The notes beneath the pieces are model-generated. The model was not told the DNA's origin, made no database searches, and was given only the letters and a program-made list of their open reading frames with translations. Of a DNA stretch of 64,000 bases, positions 47,886-57,291 are shown piece after piece. The stretch comes from Candidatus Bathyarchaeota archaeon (GTDB lineage: Archaea; Thermoproteota; Bathyarchaeia; 40CM-2-53-6). The stretch lies in assembly GCA_005888745.1 (NCBI GenBank), contig VBBS01000031.1, positions 55,614-119,613 on the forward strand, written 5' to 3'. The position numbers and the translations under genes are program-made. The stretch's first letter is position 1. Each line of letters opens with the position of its first letter.

Positions 47886-47974
47886 CGTTGGACCAAGCAA
47901 TTGCTTGGACTGTTAGTTTTGGCCCGTTGAGCTTGGACGAAAGAGAGAGGGGGCCGACAAACGATGACCAGTAT

Positions 47975-48361
47975 CTACATGCGGCGGGCGCTTTGCCAGA
48001 GTCCGACGATGTTTCCTTCGGGGTCCTTGAAGTAGGCCGTGAAGCCCATGTCCGCGACTGCTTCCTTTTTCTTGACTGTCTTGCCGCCTAGCTTCTCGAT
48101 GTTCTTGAGTGATGCTTCGATGTCGGGGACGTCGATGGTGATGACAGTGCTCTTGACTGGTTCTTGGCGTTTGGTCATTCCTCCGTTGATGGCGCCTGGC
48201 TCCGTGGGTATTCCCTGCTGGTTTGATGGTGTGGTGCCTACCATGTGGTACTGCATTCCTGGGTACTGGTTGATCTCCCATCCGAAGGCTTTCGTGTAGA
48301 AGGTCTTCGCGCGTTCGACGTTGTCGGCCGGTAGCTCGAAATGTACTACTTTACCGGGCAT
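47975..48361 (-). CDS. VOC family (glyoxalase I-like) protein
   Basis: VVHFELPADNVERAKTFY...GFTAYFKDPEGNIVGLWQ. Confidence 0.75.
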   Translation of the reverse strand: MPGKVVHFELPADNVERAKTFYTKAFGWEINQYPGMQYHMVGTTPSNQQGIPTEPGAINGGMTKRQEPVKSTVITIDVPDIEASLKNIEKLGGKTVKKKEAVADMGFTAYFKDPEGNIVGLWQSARRM

Positions 48362-48493
48362 ACGTACCAGTTCGATTGGCGAAAATTCGCAGGTAATAAG
48401 CGCTCGCTATACTTTCTTTCCTTAGCGTAGGCCTCCGGGTCGGCGCGAGTCTCAAGTAGGCCCGCAGGGGCCACGGAGAATTCAAGGCTCTGC

Positions 48494-48650
48494 TGTTTCA
48501 AGAAGTGGTTTCAGGTACCCCTGCTTCCAAAAGATAAGCTTCAGGAATCCTGTTTTCGAAAGACGGTTTTGAGAACCGGGTTTCAAAAGGAATGGTTTCG
48601 GAAAGGTCTTTTCAAAAGAGCGATTCTCAAAGCTCGATTTCCCGTTTCAC
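48494..48650. repeat. Degenerate tandem array, about 5.5 copies of a 28-29-bp unit (consensus roughly TTTCAAAAGANNGGTTTCNGNAANCCNG), in a divergent intergenic region
   Basis: Units start at 48494, 48524, 48553, 48581, 48609 and 48638. The array sits between the divergently transcribed VOC gene (minus) and the O-methyltransferase gene (plus). Confidence 0.5.
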
Positions 48651-48761
48651 GGACTCGTCTTGCTGGCAAACAATAAGCTTCCCGCCCGAGACCGTGATGA
48701 AGAGATTCTGTGCCATCCAAAAAGCCAAATGGGCCTAGAGAGGCCGTCTCTAACGTGACCC

Positions 48762-49826
48762 TTGTCGAACCAAAAACAGCAAGTCGTAGCCGATAAGCAG
48801 AAAGCCACTGGCGACCAGAATTCGCGGACAACGAACCTTTCACCAACAAACCAGATGTTCCAGCTCATTTGGCCAGGCGCGATGGCTGCACAGATCGTCT
48901 ATGTTGCAGCAAAGCTAAGACTAGCTGATCTAATTACACAAGAACCTAAGACCGAAAGTGATCTGGCACAGGCAACAAAAACTCACAGCCCTTCGCTCGG
49001 TCGTTTCCTTCGCGCCCTGGTCGGCCTCGGAATATTCACCCAGGACGAAAAGGGCAGATTCCATCACACACCGTTAAGCGAGACTCTACGAAGTGAACCA
49101 GTAAGAGCCTGGGCAGTGATGCTAGGAGCCCCGTTTATCTGGAGGCCTTGGGGAGAGTTGTACGAAGCTATCGTTACAGGCCGACCCGCGTTCGAGCGCA
49201 TATTTGGCTCCAATCTATTCGACCATTTGGCAGCGCACCCAGATGATAGCTCCATTTTCGATGCCGCGATGAGTTCTCACTCTGTTATGACTTCTACGAT
49301 TCTAGCAGCGTATGATTTCTCGCGATTCGACCGTATCGTAGATGTGGGTGGAGGCCGGGGCGAGCTGCTTCTGGGAATTCTTTCAGCATACCCCAAGCTG
49401 CAAGGGGTTCTTTACGACCTCCCAACTGTCGTCGCCGGGGCTGCGGCTGCGGCAACTGGACCAGTTGCCTCTCGGTGTGAAGTTGTAGGCGGAGATTTCT
49501 TCAAGAAGGTTCCTGAAGGGGCGGACGCTTATGTTCTCAAGCAAATCATTCACAGCTGGAACGACGAGGACGCCTCTAGGATTCTGAAAAACTGTAGGGG
49601 CGCAATCAGGAATGATGGAACGCTTCTCATAATGGGAGATGTTCTCAGACAATCTGGCAAGCCAGATCCCAATGGGGGTCTCATGGACATGATGATGCTT
49701 GTGCTTTCGCCTGGTAAAGAACGAACCGAGGAAGAATACCGCGCTCTCCTAGAGCGAGCCGGCTTCTCCATGCCGCGAGTGATTCCCACACCGGGCCCGT
49801 CAATTATTGAAAGCAGACCCGCATAG
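48762..49826 (+). CDS. Class I SAM-dependent O-methyltransferase (dimerisation domain plus OMT domain, PF00891-like)
   Basis: N-terminal winged-helix dimerisation domain and the SAM motif VDVGGGRGELL...LYDLP. Confidence 0.8.
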   Translation: MSNQKQQVVADKQKATGDQNSRTTNLSPTNQMFQLIWPGAMAAQIVYVAAKLRLADLITQEPKTESDLAQATKTHSPSLGRFLRALVGLGIFTQDEKGRFHHTPLSETLRSEPVRAWAVMLGAPFIWRPWGELYEAIVTGRPAFERIFGSNLFDHLAAHPDDSSIFDAAMSSHSVMTSTILAAYDFSRFDRIVDVGGGRGELLLGILSAYPKLQGVLYDLPTVVAGAAAAATGPVASRCEVVGGDFFKKVPEGADAYVLKQIIHSWNDEDASRILKNCRGAIRNDGTLLIMGDVLRQSGKPDPNGGLMDMMMLVLSPGKERTEEEYRALLERAGFSMPRVIPTPGPSIIESRPA

Positions 49827-49967
49827 CGAAGCGGGCTCTCAAGAATAGTCTCACCACAGGCTTGTTCGCGGACAAGGATATCCAATAACGCTCAGCGACC
49901 GGTGTTAGAACTGTCGACCAAAGGTAAATATTGACTCTACCCCTCTTCGGAGACGAGAGTCGTCAGC

Positions 49968-50588
49968 TTGGGGAGAAGAAGACGCCGAGTAGTTAGAATC
50001 GTCAAGAAGAAACTCCCCACGGTCTTTACATGCCCGCGATGTGGTGAAGAAGCGGTTAGGGTAACGATTGACAAGCAGACTGGCCATGCCACGGTTCTTT
50101 GCGCTCTCTGCCTGCTGAAAGACGAGTTTCCAGCCCATCCTGCTGCCCAGATGATAGACGTCTATTCTTACTTTACAGACCGGTTCTACGGCGTCAAAGA
50201 CCCAAGAGCCATAATTCCTCGGGAAAGAGAGCATATGATGGCTCCGTCCGAGCCGGAGGAGCCTTCCCTTGAGACCCCCGGTCAGGAATCCACGGCGATC
50301 GAAGTGGTTCCCGAGACCCCGTTGGTCGAGACCCCGACGAACCCCGTTCCGGACATTTCTCCTTCTGAGCCAGTCGAAGCAAGCCCATCGCCGGCCGAAT
50401 CCATGGATGAAACGAGTCTACCCGCGGTGACGGCTTCAGCTGAGGAGAATGAGCAATCTCAAGATGCCGAGGAGAAGGCTGATACTGAAGAAGAGGGTGA
50501 GCCTTTTGCGGATATCCTTCAAGAGAACAAGGACAAGAAACGGTATAGCCCGAATCCTCTCCCACCACAAGCGTCTGAAGAAGCCTAG
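49968..50588 (+). CDS. Elf1-like zinc-finger transcription elongation factor with a long Pro/Glu-rich acidic tail
   Basis: A basic N-terminus (MGRRRRRVVRIVKKK), then FTCPRCGEE...TVLCALCLL...DVYSYFTDRF, matching the Elf1 C4 zinc-finger fold. Confidence 0.65.
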   Translation: MGRRRRRVVRIVKKKLPTVFTCPRCGEEAVRVTIDKQTGHATVLCALCLLKDEFPAHPAAQMIDVYSYFTDRFYGVKDPRAIIPREREHMMAPSEPEEPSLETPGQESTAIEVVPETPLVETPTNPVPDISPSEPVEASPSPAESMDETSLPAVTASAEENEQSQDAEEKADTEEEGEPFADILQENKDKKRYSPNPLPPQASEEA

Positions 50589-50986
50589 TTCGAATCCGTT
50601 TTCCTTTCCTCGTAGACAGGTGTTAAGAGGTTGACTACTCTGTCGACCGTAGCTCTGCGGTCCCTGAGGGACTGTACCAGGTCTTTCTCGTAGATCTTGA
50701 AGATGTTGGTCATGGTCATTCTTGGATGAAGTGCACTAAACCTGTCCTTGGACCCAGGTGCATGTATGATGAGACCTCTTGCAGTCATCGATTGAAGAAG
50801 CTCACGCGTTTCGTCGTCTGAGAGGGCAAGGGTTGCGGCAAGCTCATCTATCCCGACGCTGCTTCGTTCAAGCATCTGAACATAGGCGAGTGTTTCTAAT
50901 GATGGGAGATTGAATTGGCGTTCGAGAAGTTGGGCAATCTCGATCTTGTCGATTTGCTGGCGCCTGAGGGAGCCCGGAACGGGCAT
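50585..50986 (-). CDS. Winged-helix (TrmB/MarR-like) transcriptional regulator
   Basis: ...LAYVQMLERSSVGIDELAATLALSDDETRELLQSMTARGLI... Confidence 0.5.
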   Translation of the reverse strand: MPVPGSLRRQQIDKIEIAQLLERQFNLPSLETLAYVQMLERSSVGIDELAATLALSDDETRELLQSMTARGLIIHAPGSKDRFSALHPRMTMTNIFKIYEKDLVQSLRDRRATVDRVVNLLTPVYEERKTDSN

Positions 50987-51021
50987 AGGATACCCCTCAG
51001 GGTAGTTCCCTATTTCACCTT

Positions 51022-52782
51022 GTGACCGGTGTCAAAAGCATTAATACAGGTGCTCAACGTCGTATTCACTACTCAGAGTGGTATATGATGGCACTGTTAG
51101 AAATCGAACTACCGATGGAACTACAGCCACCCCAGAAGCAAATAGGCCAATTCATTCGCCGAACACAGAGCATCTGCCCGGAATGTAACCGTATCCTCCC
51201 AAGCACCGTCTTCGAACGGGAAGGAAAAGTCTTCATGACCAAGACCTGCCCAGAACACGGTGAGACAGAAGAGCTCTACTTCGGCTCATACGACATGTAT
51301 CAGAAATTCGCGACCTACTGGTCTGACGGCAAGGGGACTCATGCACCGAACGTCCCGATCGAGAGCTGCGCATGCCCTGCAAACTGCGGCTTGTGCTCCA
51401 ACCACCTCAGCCACACGGGTCTCGCGAACATCATTGTTACGAATCGTTGTGACCTAACCTGTTGGTACTGCTTCTTCTACGTCAAAAAGGGCCTTGAAGG
51501 AGCGTACGTCTACGAGCCAGGCCTCGACCAGGTCAGGGAAATGGTCCGAGCCCTCAAAGCTGAGAGGCCCGTACCAGGAAACTCGCTCCAGATAACCGGC
51601 GGAGAACCGACCCTACGACCAGAACTTCCGGAGATTGTCCGTATCATCAAGGAAGAAGGAGTAGACCACATCCAGCTCAACACAAACGGGATCAACCTCG
51701 CCCTCAACCCCAACCTAGCCCACACCCTACGTGATAACGGTCTCAGCAACCTCTACATGAGCTTCGACGGAGTCAGCCCCAAGACCAACCCCAAGAACCA
51801 CTGGGAAGCGCCTTACACAATCGAGAGCTGCCGAAAAGCAAACCTCGGAGTGGTACTCGTTCCTACAGTAATCAAGTCGATAAACGATCACGAGCTAGGC
51901 GGAATACTACGGTTCGCCCAACGAAACATCGACATCGTCCGAGCTATCAGCTACCAACCAGTCTCGCTAACCGGACGAATGAAGAAGCAAGAGAGGGAAA
52001 AGTACCGAATTACTATTCCAGACTGCATCGAGAGAATCGAAGAGCAGACCAACGGAGAAATTCCAAGAGACGCATGGTTCCCAGTCCCCAGCTGCTCCCC
52101 AGTAACCCACTTCGTGGAAGCCTTCACGAAGAGACCCCAGTACGAGTTGTCAATACACTTCGCGTGTGGCGCCGGAACATACGTGTTCGAGGACAAAGAC
52201 ACCAAAAAGATGGTTCCCATCACATCGTTCGTCGACCTCAAAGGACTCTTCGAGTACCTAGACGAGAAGACAGACGAGCTGAACTCGGGCACGAACAAAT
52301 ACTTGGTCGCTGCGAAATTCATTACCAAACTCAACAGCTTCATCGAGAAGGACAAACAACCAGCAGGACTCAACCTGAGCAAATTGCTCGTTGGAGCCTT
52401 GCTCAAGCACGACTATAGCTCGGTGGGACAGTTCCATGTACGAAGCATGTTCTTGGGCATGATGCACTTCCAGGACAAGTACAACCAGGACGAGGAACGA
52501 CTGCAGCGATGCGACATACACTACCTTACACCGGACATGAGGATCATCCCATTCTGCAGCTTCAACGTCATCCCCGAATGGTACCGTGATAGGATTCAGA
52601 AGAAGTACGGTATCACGGTGGACGAGTGGGAGAAGAAGAACGGCGAGAAGCTGGAAGCGCGACTCTACCGGGGATCGCTCCGGAGAGGAAAGCACGCTGA
52701 CGGCTGCGGATGCAGCAGCGTCCACATCGAGCCCCAGCATTTTTTGCCTGGAATCAGATCGCTACGCGAGTCTCTGATCTAA
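51022..52782 (+). CDS. Radical SAM enzyme with an N-terminal zinc-ribbon and extra C-terminal Cys clusters; a tetraether lipid synthase (Tes/GDGT-MAS)-like candidate
   Basis: CxxxCxxC radical SAM motif (NRCDLTCWYC), GGEPTLR, an N-terminal CPECN...CPEHG, and additional conserved Cys (CGAG, CSFN, CGCSS). 586 aa. Confidence 0.7.
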   Translation: MTGVKSINTGAQRRIHYSEWYMMALLEIELPMELQPPQKQIGQFIRRTQSICPECNRILPSTVFEREGKVFMTKTCPEHGETEELYFGSYDMYQKFATYWSDGKGTHAPNVPIESCACPANCGLCSNHLSHTGLANIIVTNRCDLTCWYCFFYVKKGLEGAYVYEPGLDQVREMVRALKAERPVPGNSLQITGGEPTLRPELPEIVRIIKEEGVDHIQLNTNGINLALNPNLAHTLRDNGLSNLYMSFDGVSPKTNPKNHWEAPYTIESCRKANLGVVLVPTVIKSINDHELGGILRFAQRNIDIVRAISYQPVSLTGRMKKQEREKYRITIPDCIERIEEQTNGEIPRDAWFPVPSCSPVTHFVEAFTKRPQYELSIHFACGAGTYVFEDKDTKKMVPITSFVDLKGLFEYLDEKTDELNSGTNKYLVAAKFITKLNSFIEKDKQPAGLNLSKLLVGALLKHDYSSVGQFHVRSMFLGMMHFQDKYNQDEERLQRCDIHYLTPDMRIIPFCSFNVIPEWYRDRIQKKYGITVDEWEKKNGEKLEARLYRGSLRRGKHADGCGCSSVHIEPQHFLPGIRSLRESLI

Positions 52783-52826
52783 TCTTTCCTCTCTAGCTCC
52801 GCGAAGTAAAGAGGATTGGAGAGGCC

Positions 52827-54674
52827 CTATGCCTTAGGCGCAGGTTTTTCGGCGCCCAGAAGCGTTCGTTCTAGAAAATCGCCTATCGTAGTGTAAGCTT
52901 TGATCCGGTTCGGAATCTTTGCGATTCCATGCCCCTCGTCCTCGAATCTCAGAAATTCCACATGCCTTCCAAGCGCTTTCAACCTCTCGACCATTTGCTC
53001 AGCTTCTCCGATCGGAACCCTAGGATCATTTGCTCCATGAATCACTAATAGAGGCGCTTGGATCTTCTCTACGTGGTGTATGGGTGAAATCCGTTTGAAG
53101 AGCTCCCTGTCTTTTTCAAGGCTGCCATATTCTGCTTCTCTAAGATGTCGTCTCCAGCGAGCCGTGTTTTCCAGAAATGTTTCAAAGTTCGCGATCCCAA
53201 CGAGGTCAACTCCCGCCGCCCATAGGTCCGGATATTCTGTCAGTGCAGACAGAACCATGAAACCGCCATAGCTGCCACCTACTATTCCGACTCTATCTCG
53301 CTTTGCGAGGCCTTTTCCAACACCCCATTTCACAAGATGTTCTAGGTCGCGGACCGAGTCCAGACGCTTCTCAACATCATCAAGATGGACGCCCTTCTTG
53401 CCGTAGCCGGTGCTGCCGCGCACATTTGGAGCGAGGACTAGGAAGCCTCGGTTCACCAGATATTGGACGATGATGTTGAACCTGGCGGTCTCTTGGCTCT
53501 CCGGGCCTCCGTGGACGAAGACCACTGTTGGCAGGGGTCCGCGACCATTCGCGGGACGGTAGGCCCAGACTGGAATGATTAGATCGTCGAAGCTGGGAAA
53601 TCTCAAACCTTCAGGTTCGACGAGGTTTGATGGTGGAATGGCTGCGGTCGGGACAAAGGTGGCTTGTCTAACTGACTGGTCTTCTGTATCGTAGAGCCAG
53701 AGGTTCAGGTTGTGTCTTGGTCCCTGTAGGCTGAATATGAGGTGCCTGGAGTCAGGGCTCCAGTCCATTAGATTGTGGCCCGCGACTACGGGCGATTCGT
53801 ACGAACCTAGGGGTAAACCATCCACGAGAGAATCATGTTTTTTCTGGAGGTCGTAAATATGCAATCTGCTCGCCCCGTCGACGTTCCGGAAGTATGCTAG
53901 AACTCGGTTATCGGGAGATATCCTGGCACCAATGGCGTCCCAATCCTCTTCGATCAGATAATCCAAGTGGCCGGTTCCGACGTCGATGGTGGCAGGCTGT
54001 AGGAATTCGCGGTCTTTGTCGGTCAAAACGTACAGTGTGTTCATGTCTTTGGCGTGGCCGGCATAGTCAAAGCTCGCTTCACCGGAGTGCTGGGTGAGGT
54101 GGGCTGTTTCCGAGGTATCAGGCCAGAGTAGATAGAGATCATTGTCGAGGTTGGTGTTGGCTCTTGTGAAGAGCATTCGATCTTTGTCTACCCAGTCCAG
54201 GGGATAGTTTGTGGCGTCGTTCTGGTAAACGAGAGTCTTCTCTCCATCTGCGAGAGCGCTGATGTAGATATCGAAGAATTTTTCATCCCTCTCATTTGAC
54301 GCATAACAGATCCTGTCGCCCTCCGGTGAAAACGATCCGAAGACCCGGATCCATTCATCTCCAACCGTCAATTTTCTCGCGGCAAGATTCTCCATATTCA
54401 GCGCCCAGATCTGGTGCCTCTCGCCGCCGCCCGGGTCCATGGAGAAAGCCAGATTCTTACCGATCGGGGAGAAAACAGCCGACGAGACGCGATCGTTGAA
54501 AAGCGTTAGCTGGTCAATTCGGCCGGTTGCGAAGTCGAGAATCCAGGCTTGGGGAACTCCGGTAATATCGCTGATGAATGATACAGTCTTGCCGTCAGGT
54601 GCGAAGCTTGGTCCGTAGGCGATTCGAACGCTAGAGTATCGATCGAAACCGTATCTTGGACGGTTTGAGGACAT
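52827..54674 (-). CDS. S9 family prolyl oligopeptidase / acylaminoacyl peptidase with an N-terminal beta-propeller
   Basis: Catalytic GGSYGG nucleophile motif, a C-terminal HGANDPRVP...H, and an N-terminal TolB/WD40-like propeller repeat. Confidence 0.85.
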   Translation of the reverse strand: MSSNRPRYGFDRYSSVRIAYGPSFAPDGKTVSFISDITGVPQAWILDFATGRIDQLTLFNDRVSSAVFSPIGKNLAFSMDPGGGERHQIWALNMENLAARKLTVGDEWIRVFGSFSPEGDRICYASNERDEKFFDIYISALADGEKTLVYQNDATNYPLDWVDKDRMLFTRANTNLDNDLYLLWPDTSETAHLTQHSGEASFDYAGHAKDMNTLYVLTDKDREFLQPATIDVGTGHLDYLIEEDWDAIGARISPDNRVLAYFRNVDGASRLHIYDLQKKHDSLVDGLPLGSYESPVVAGHNLMDWSPDSRHLIFSLQGPRHNLNLWLYDTEDQSVRQATFVPTAAIPPSNLVEPEGLRFPSFDDLIIPVWAYRPANGRGPLPTVVFVHGGPESQETARFNIIVQYLVNRGFLVLAPNVRGSTGYGKKGVHLDDVEKRLDSVRDLEHLVKWGVGKGLAKRDRVGIVGGSYGGFMVLSALTEYPDLWAAGVDLVGIANFETFLENTARWRRHLREAEYGSLEKDRELFKRISPIHHVEKIQAPLLVIHGANDPRVPIGEAEQMVERLKALGRHVEFLRFEDEGHGIAKIPNRIKAYTTIGDFLERTLLGAEKPAPKA

Positions 54675-54793
54675 GTCTATCTCGCTCTTTCCTGACCGCT
54701 GTTCTTATAATCGCTTCACTAGTTCAACCGTCAATGCCAAGGTTTTTCAGAGTGGAAGCTCGAAACCCCGATCACCAGGCTTAGTGGAAGAAA

Positions 54794-55351
54794 TTGCAGA
54801 AATCTATTGTGAAGCAGGATGCTGGTAGCTGGGCACGAATTGAACAAGTCACTGTAAAGTGCTCACCTCAAAAGGCGAAGATCGACGACAATCTCGCGTT
54901 TACTGTGGGTTTCCATCTTGATGGGGTCGTCCGTCGAAACTTCCATCAGAAGTTCTGGGAGGCCGCCTACGACCAGCATGATGGCGGACTACGAATGGCT
55001 TTCAAGGTTGAACTGCGAAAGTCGGGAGTTCGATTGCTCGCTAAGCCTTTGAAGGAAGAGAAGTTTGTCCGAAGGGCGGTGTTCTTCTGGACCAGAAACC
55101 CAGAGATCCCCCATCGTGTCTGGATGACTGTCGCGACGGAGTTCGAGACTATCCTCTACCCGAAGACCGAGGAGGAAGCTAGAGAGATGATGTTCAACGT
55201 GACACGCAGCTTCGAGCTGCCTGCGAACTCGCTTGGCAAAGGCGATCACAGTCTAGGAGCTAGCGTGAGTGCCAAGTGGGGCAAGCACGTCTTCACGGAG
55301 CGGGGAGAGGCGTCAGGTAAGTCGCCTTCTCTGAAGATTCAGATCTCCTGA
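54794..55351 (+). CDS. Hypothetical protein
   Basis: 185-aa ORF with no recognisable motif. Confidence 0.35.
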   Translation: MQKSIVKQDAGSWARIEQVTVKCSPQKAKIDDNLAFTVGFHLDGVVRRNFHQKFWEAAYDQHDGGLRMAFKVELRKSGVRLLAKPLKEEKFVRRAVFFWTRNPEIPHRVWMTVATEFETILYPKTEEEAREMMFNVTRSFELPANSLGKGDHSLGASVSAKWGKHVFTERGEASGKSPSLKIQIS

Positions 55352-55616
55352 TTTTTTCAGGGGACTTTTCCCAAACAACGTCATCTTTATGTGGCTAGAT
55401 CATCGGAGACGATTAAGTAGGCGAATCGCACGTTGGCAAAGTATGACGGAATCAAAGGACAAGAGATCTTGGAGATTGAGGAGGGGGAGAATGAAGTGAC
55501 CATCATTCTCAGAGACAACCGCTACCTATTCGTCAAAATCATCGACGGAAAGCTCGCTACAACCTCGGTCCCGGAGTAAGCTATACCAAACCAGTCGCTG
55601 ATCCGAGAAAACTCCC

Positions 55617-56645
55617 TTAGACTTTGAGCACTATCTTTCCAAAATGCTCGCTCTTCTCCATCTTCACCTGAGCCTTCGCAGCTTCCATCAGTGGAAAGAC
55701 GGAGTCGACAACGGGCTTGAGTTTCCCATCCTCAAAGAAGCCGAGGACTTTGAGGAGCTCTCCGCGTCCACCCATATAGGACCCCATGAGGGAGAACTGT
55801 TTGACGAAGACGTATCGGATATCGATCTCGGCTCTTCCCCCACTCGTGGCGCCGCAGTTGACTAATCTTCCGGCGGGGGCCATCGACTTCATGCTCTTCT
55901 CCCACGTCGCCTCCCCGATATGATCGAAGACGACGTTGACCTTTCGTCCATTTGTTACCCGTTTGACTTCGCCGGGTATGTCCTGAGTATGGTGGTTGAG
56001 AACAAAATCTGCTCCAAGTTTCTGAGCCTTGTCTCTCTTAGTCTCGCTCCCAACGGTAGCAACGACTCTAGCGTTCAACAGTTTGGCAACTTGGACAGCA
56101 GCGCTCCCAACACCACTACCTGCCGCCCACACCAGAACGGTTTCCCCTGGTACTAGATGTGCTCGAGTCACCAGCATATGCCAAGCTGTCAAGAAAACGA
56201 GTGGGACTGATGCCGCTTGTTCGAAGCTGAGTTTGTCGGGGATTGGAAGAATATTAGTTCCAGGAACAACAACGTACTCAGCATAGCCTCCCTGCGTCTC
56301 GTATCCTATGATCCTGTAAGACTCGCATAGACTGTCCCATCCGTTGCTGCAATAATCGCAGATTCCACAGCTCATTCCTGGCGCGATCAAAACCCTCTCC
56401 GCATTAGAACGTCCGATAACAAGACTCCCAACCTCGGCGATTTCTCCTGAAATGTCCGAGCCAGATATGTGGGGCAGGGGAATCCTTTCGCTCCTCGTTC
56501 CCGCTCTGGCCCAGATGTCCAGATGGTTGAGTGCGCACGCTCTCACTCTGACCAGAACTTCCGTCGGGCCAATCTTTGGGTTAGGTGCTTCCTCGAACTG
56601 AAGCTTCTCGGGTCCACCAAATTCGTGGAATCTGACTGCCTTCAA
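55617..56645 (-). CDS. Zinc-binding alcohol dehydrogenase / quinone oxidoreductase (MDR superfamily)
   Basis: GHE..G.V...G, a structural zinc site CGICDYCSNGWDSLC, and the Rossmann motif AAGSGVG. Confidence 0.85.
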   Translation of the reverse strand: MKAVRFHEFGGPEKLQFEEAPNPKIGPTEVLVRVRACALNHLDIWARAGTRSERIPLPHISGSDISGEIAEVGSLVIGRSNAERVLIAPGMSCGICDYCSNGWDSLCESYRIIGYETQGGYAEYVVVPGTNILPIPDKLSFEQAASVPLVFLTAWHMLVTRAHLVPGETVLVWAAGSGVGSAAVQVAKLLNARVVATVGSETKRDKAQKLGADFVLNHHTQDIPGEVKRVTNGRKVNVVFDHIGEATWEKSMKSMAPAGRLVNCGATSGGRAEIDIRYVFVKQFSLMGSYMGGRGELLKVLGFFEDGKLKPVVDSVFPLMEAAKAQVKMEKSEHFGKIVLKV

Positions 56646-56761
56646 AACGGTCTCACGCCATAATCAGAAAAATGACTGTTTTAAGTTCTCATAATGGTCT
56701 CTGAACAGTCTACCCTTAACTACCCCGCTCAATCCCTAACCAAAATCTAGGTTAGCTAACC

Positions 56762-57214
56762 ATGTCCACGAGCTCGCCGGAAGTTAGCGCTGATAGAATA
56801 GCGAGCGAGCTCAAGGGTAACACGTTAAGGGTATACTGGTTCGTGATGAACGCCTCTAACCAGACTGTCGGGGTTCGAGAGGCGCAGAGAGCATTGAACT
56901 TCTCAAGCCCCACCCTCGCTCTCTACCACCTGGACAAGCTTCGAGACCTCGGCCTCGTCTCGCGAGATTCCGGAGGGTACAAGCTGATCAAAGAGGTGAA
57001 AGTTGACGTTCTCAAGCAGTTCATGAAGCTTCCAGGCCAATTCTTCGTGCCTAGGTTCTCCCTCTACGCCGTCCTATTCACAGTCCTAACCATCTATTAC
57101 GCGCTAAACCTCGTAACCATCGACTTCTTCGCCTTCTTCGGCCTCCTCTTCGGTGGGCTAGGATCAGCCATCTTCTGGTTTGAAGCCGTCAAAACTTGGA
57201 GGCAGAGACCTTAG
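56762..57214 (+). CDS. Winged-helix regulator-like protein with two C-terminal TM helices
   Basis: N-terminal wHTH (...VREAQRALNFSSPTLALYHLDKLRDLGLV...), then two hydrophobic helices. Confidence 0.5.
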   Translation: MSTSSPEVSADRIASELKGNTLRVYWFVMNASNQTVGVREAQRALNFSSPTLALYHLDKLRDLGLVSRDSGGYKLIKEVKVDVLKQFMKLPGQFFVPRFSLYAVLFTVLTIYYALNLVTIDFFAFFGLLFGGLGSAIFWFEAVKTWRQRP

Positions 57215-57291
57215 AACTCATCAAAATATAGAACAGGTGTTCAAAATCGTTGAGTTAATTGAGAGAGTGACCTTAACGTGGGAGGAATAGA

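Noticed and set aside
48494-48650. Possible CRISPR array
   Set aside because: The units are contiguous with no spacers, are degenerate, and number only about five. No cas genes are nearby. The array is kept as a regulatory repeat instead.
55421-55579. Small ORF (TTG start at about 55433, ~46 aa: AKYDGIKGQEILEIEEGENEVTIILRDNRYLFVKIIDGKLATTSVPE)
   Set aside because: The translation looks protein-like, but it is too short to support without homology evidence, and the upstream ATG frame terminates after 18 codons.
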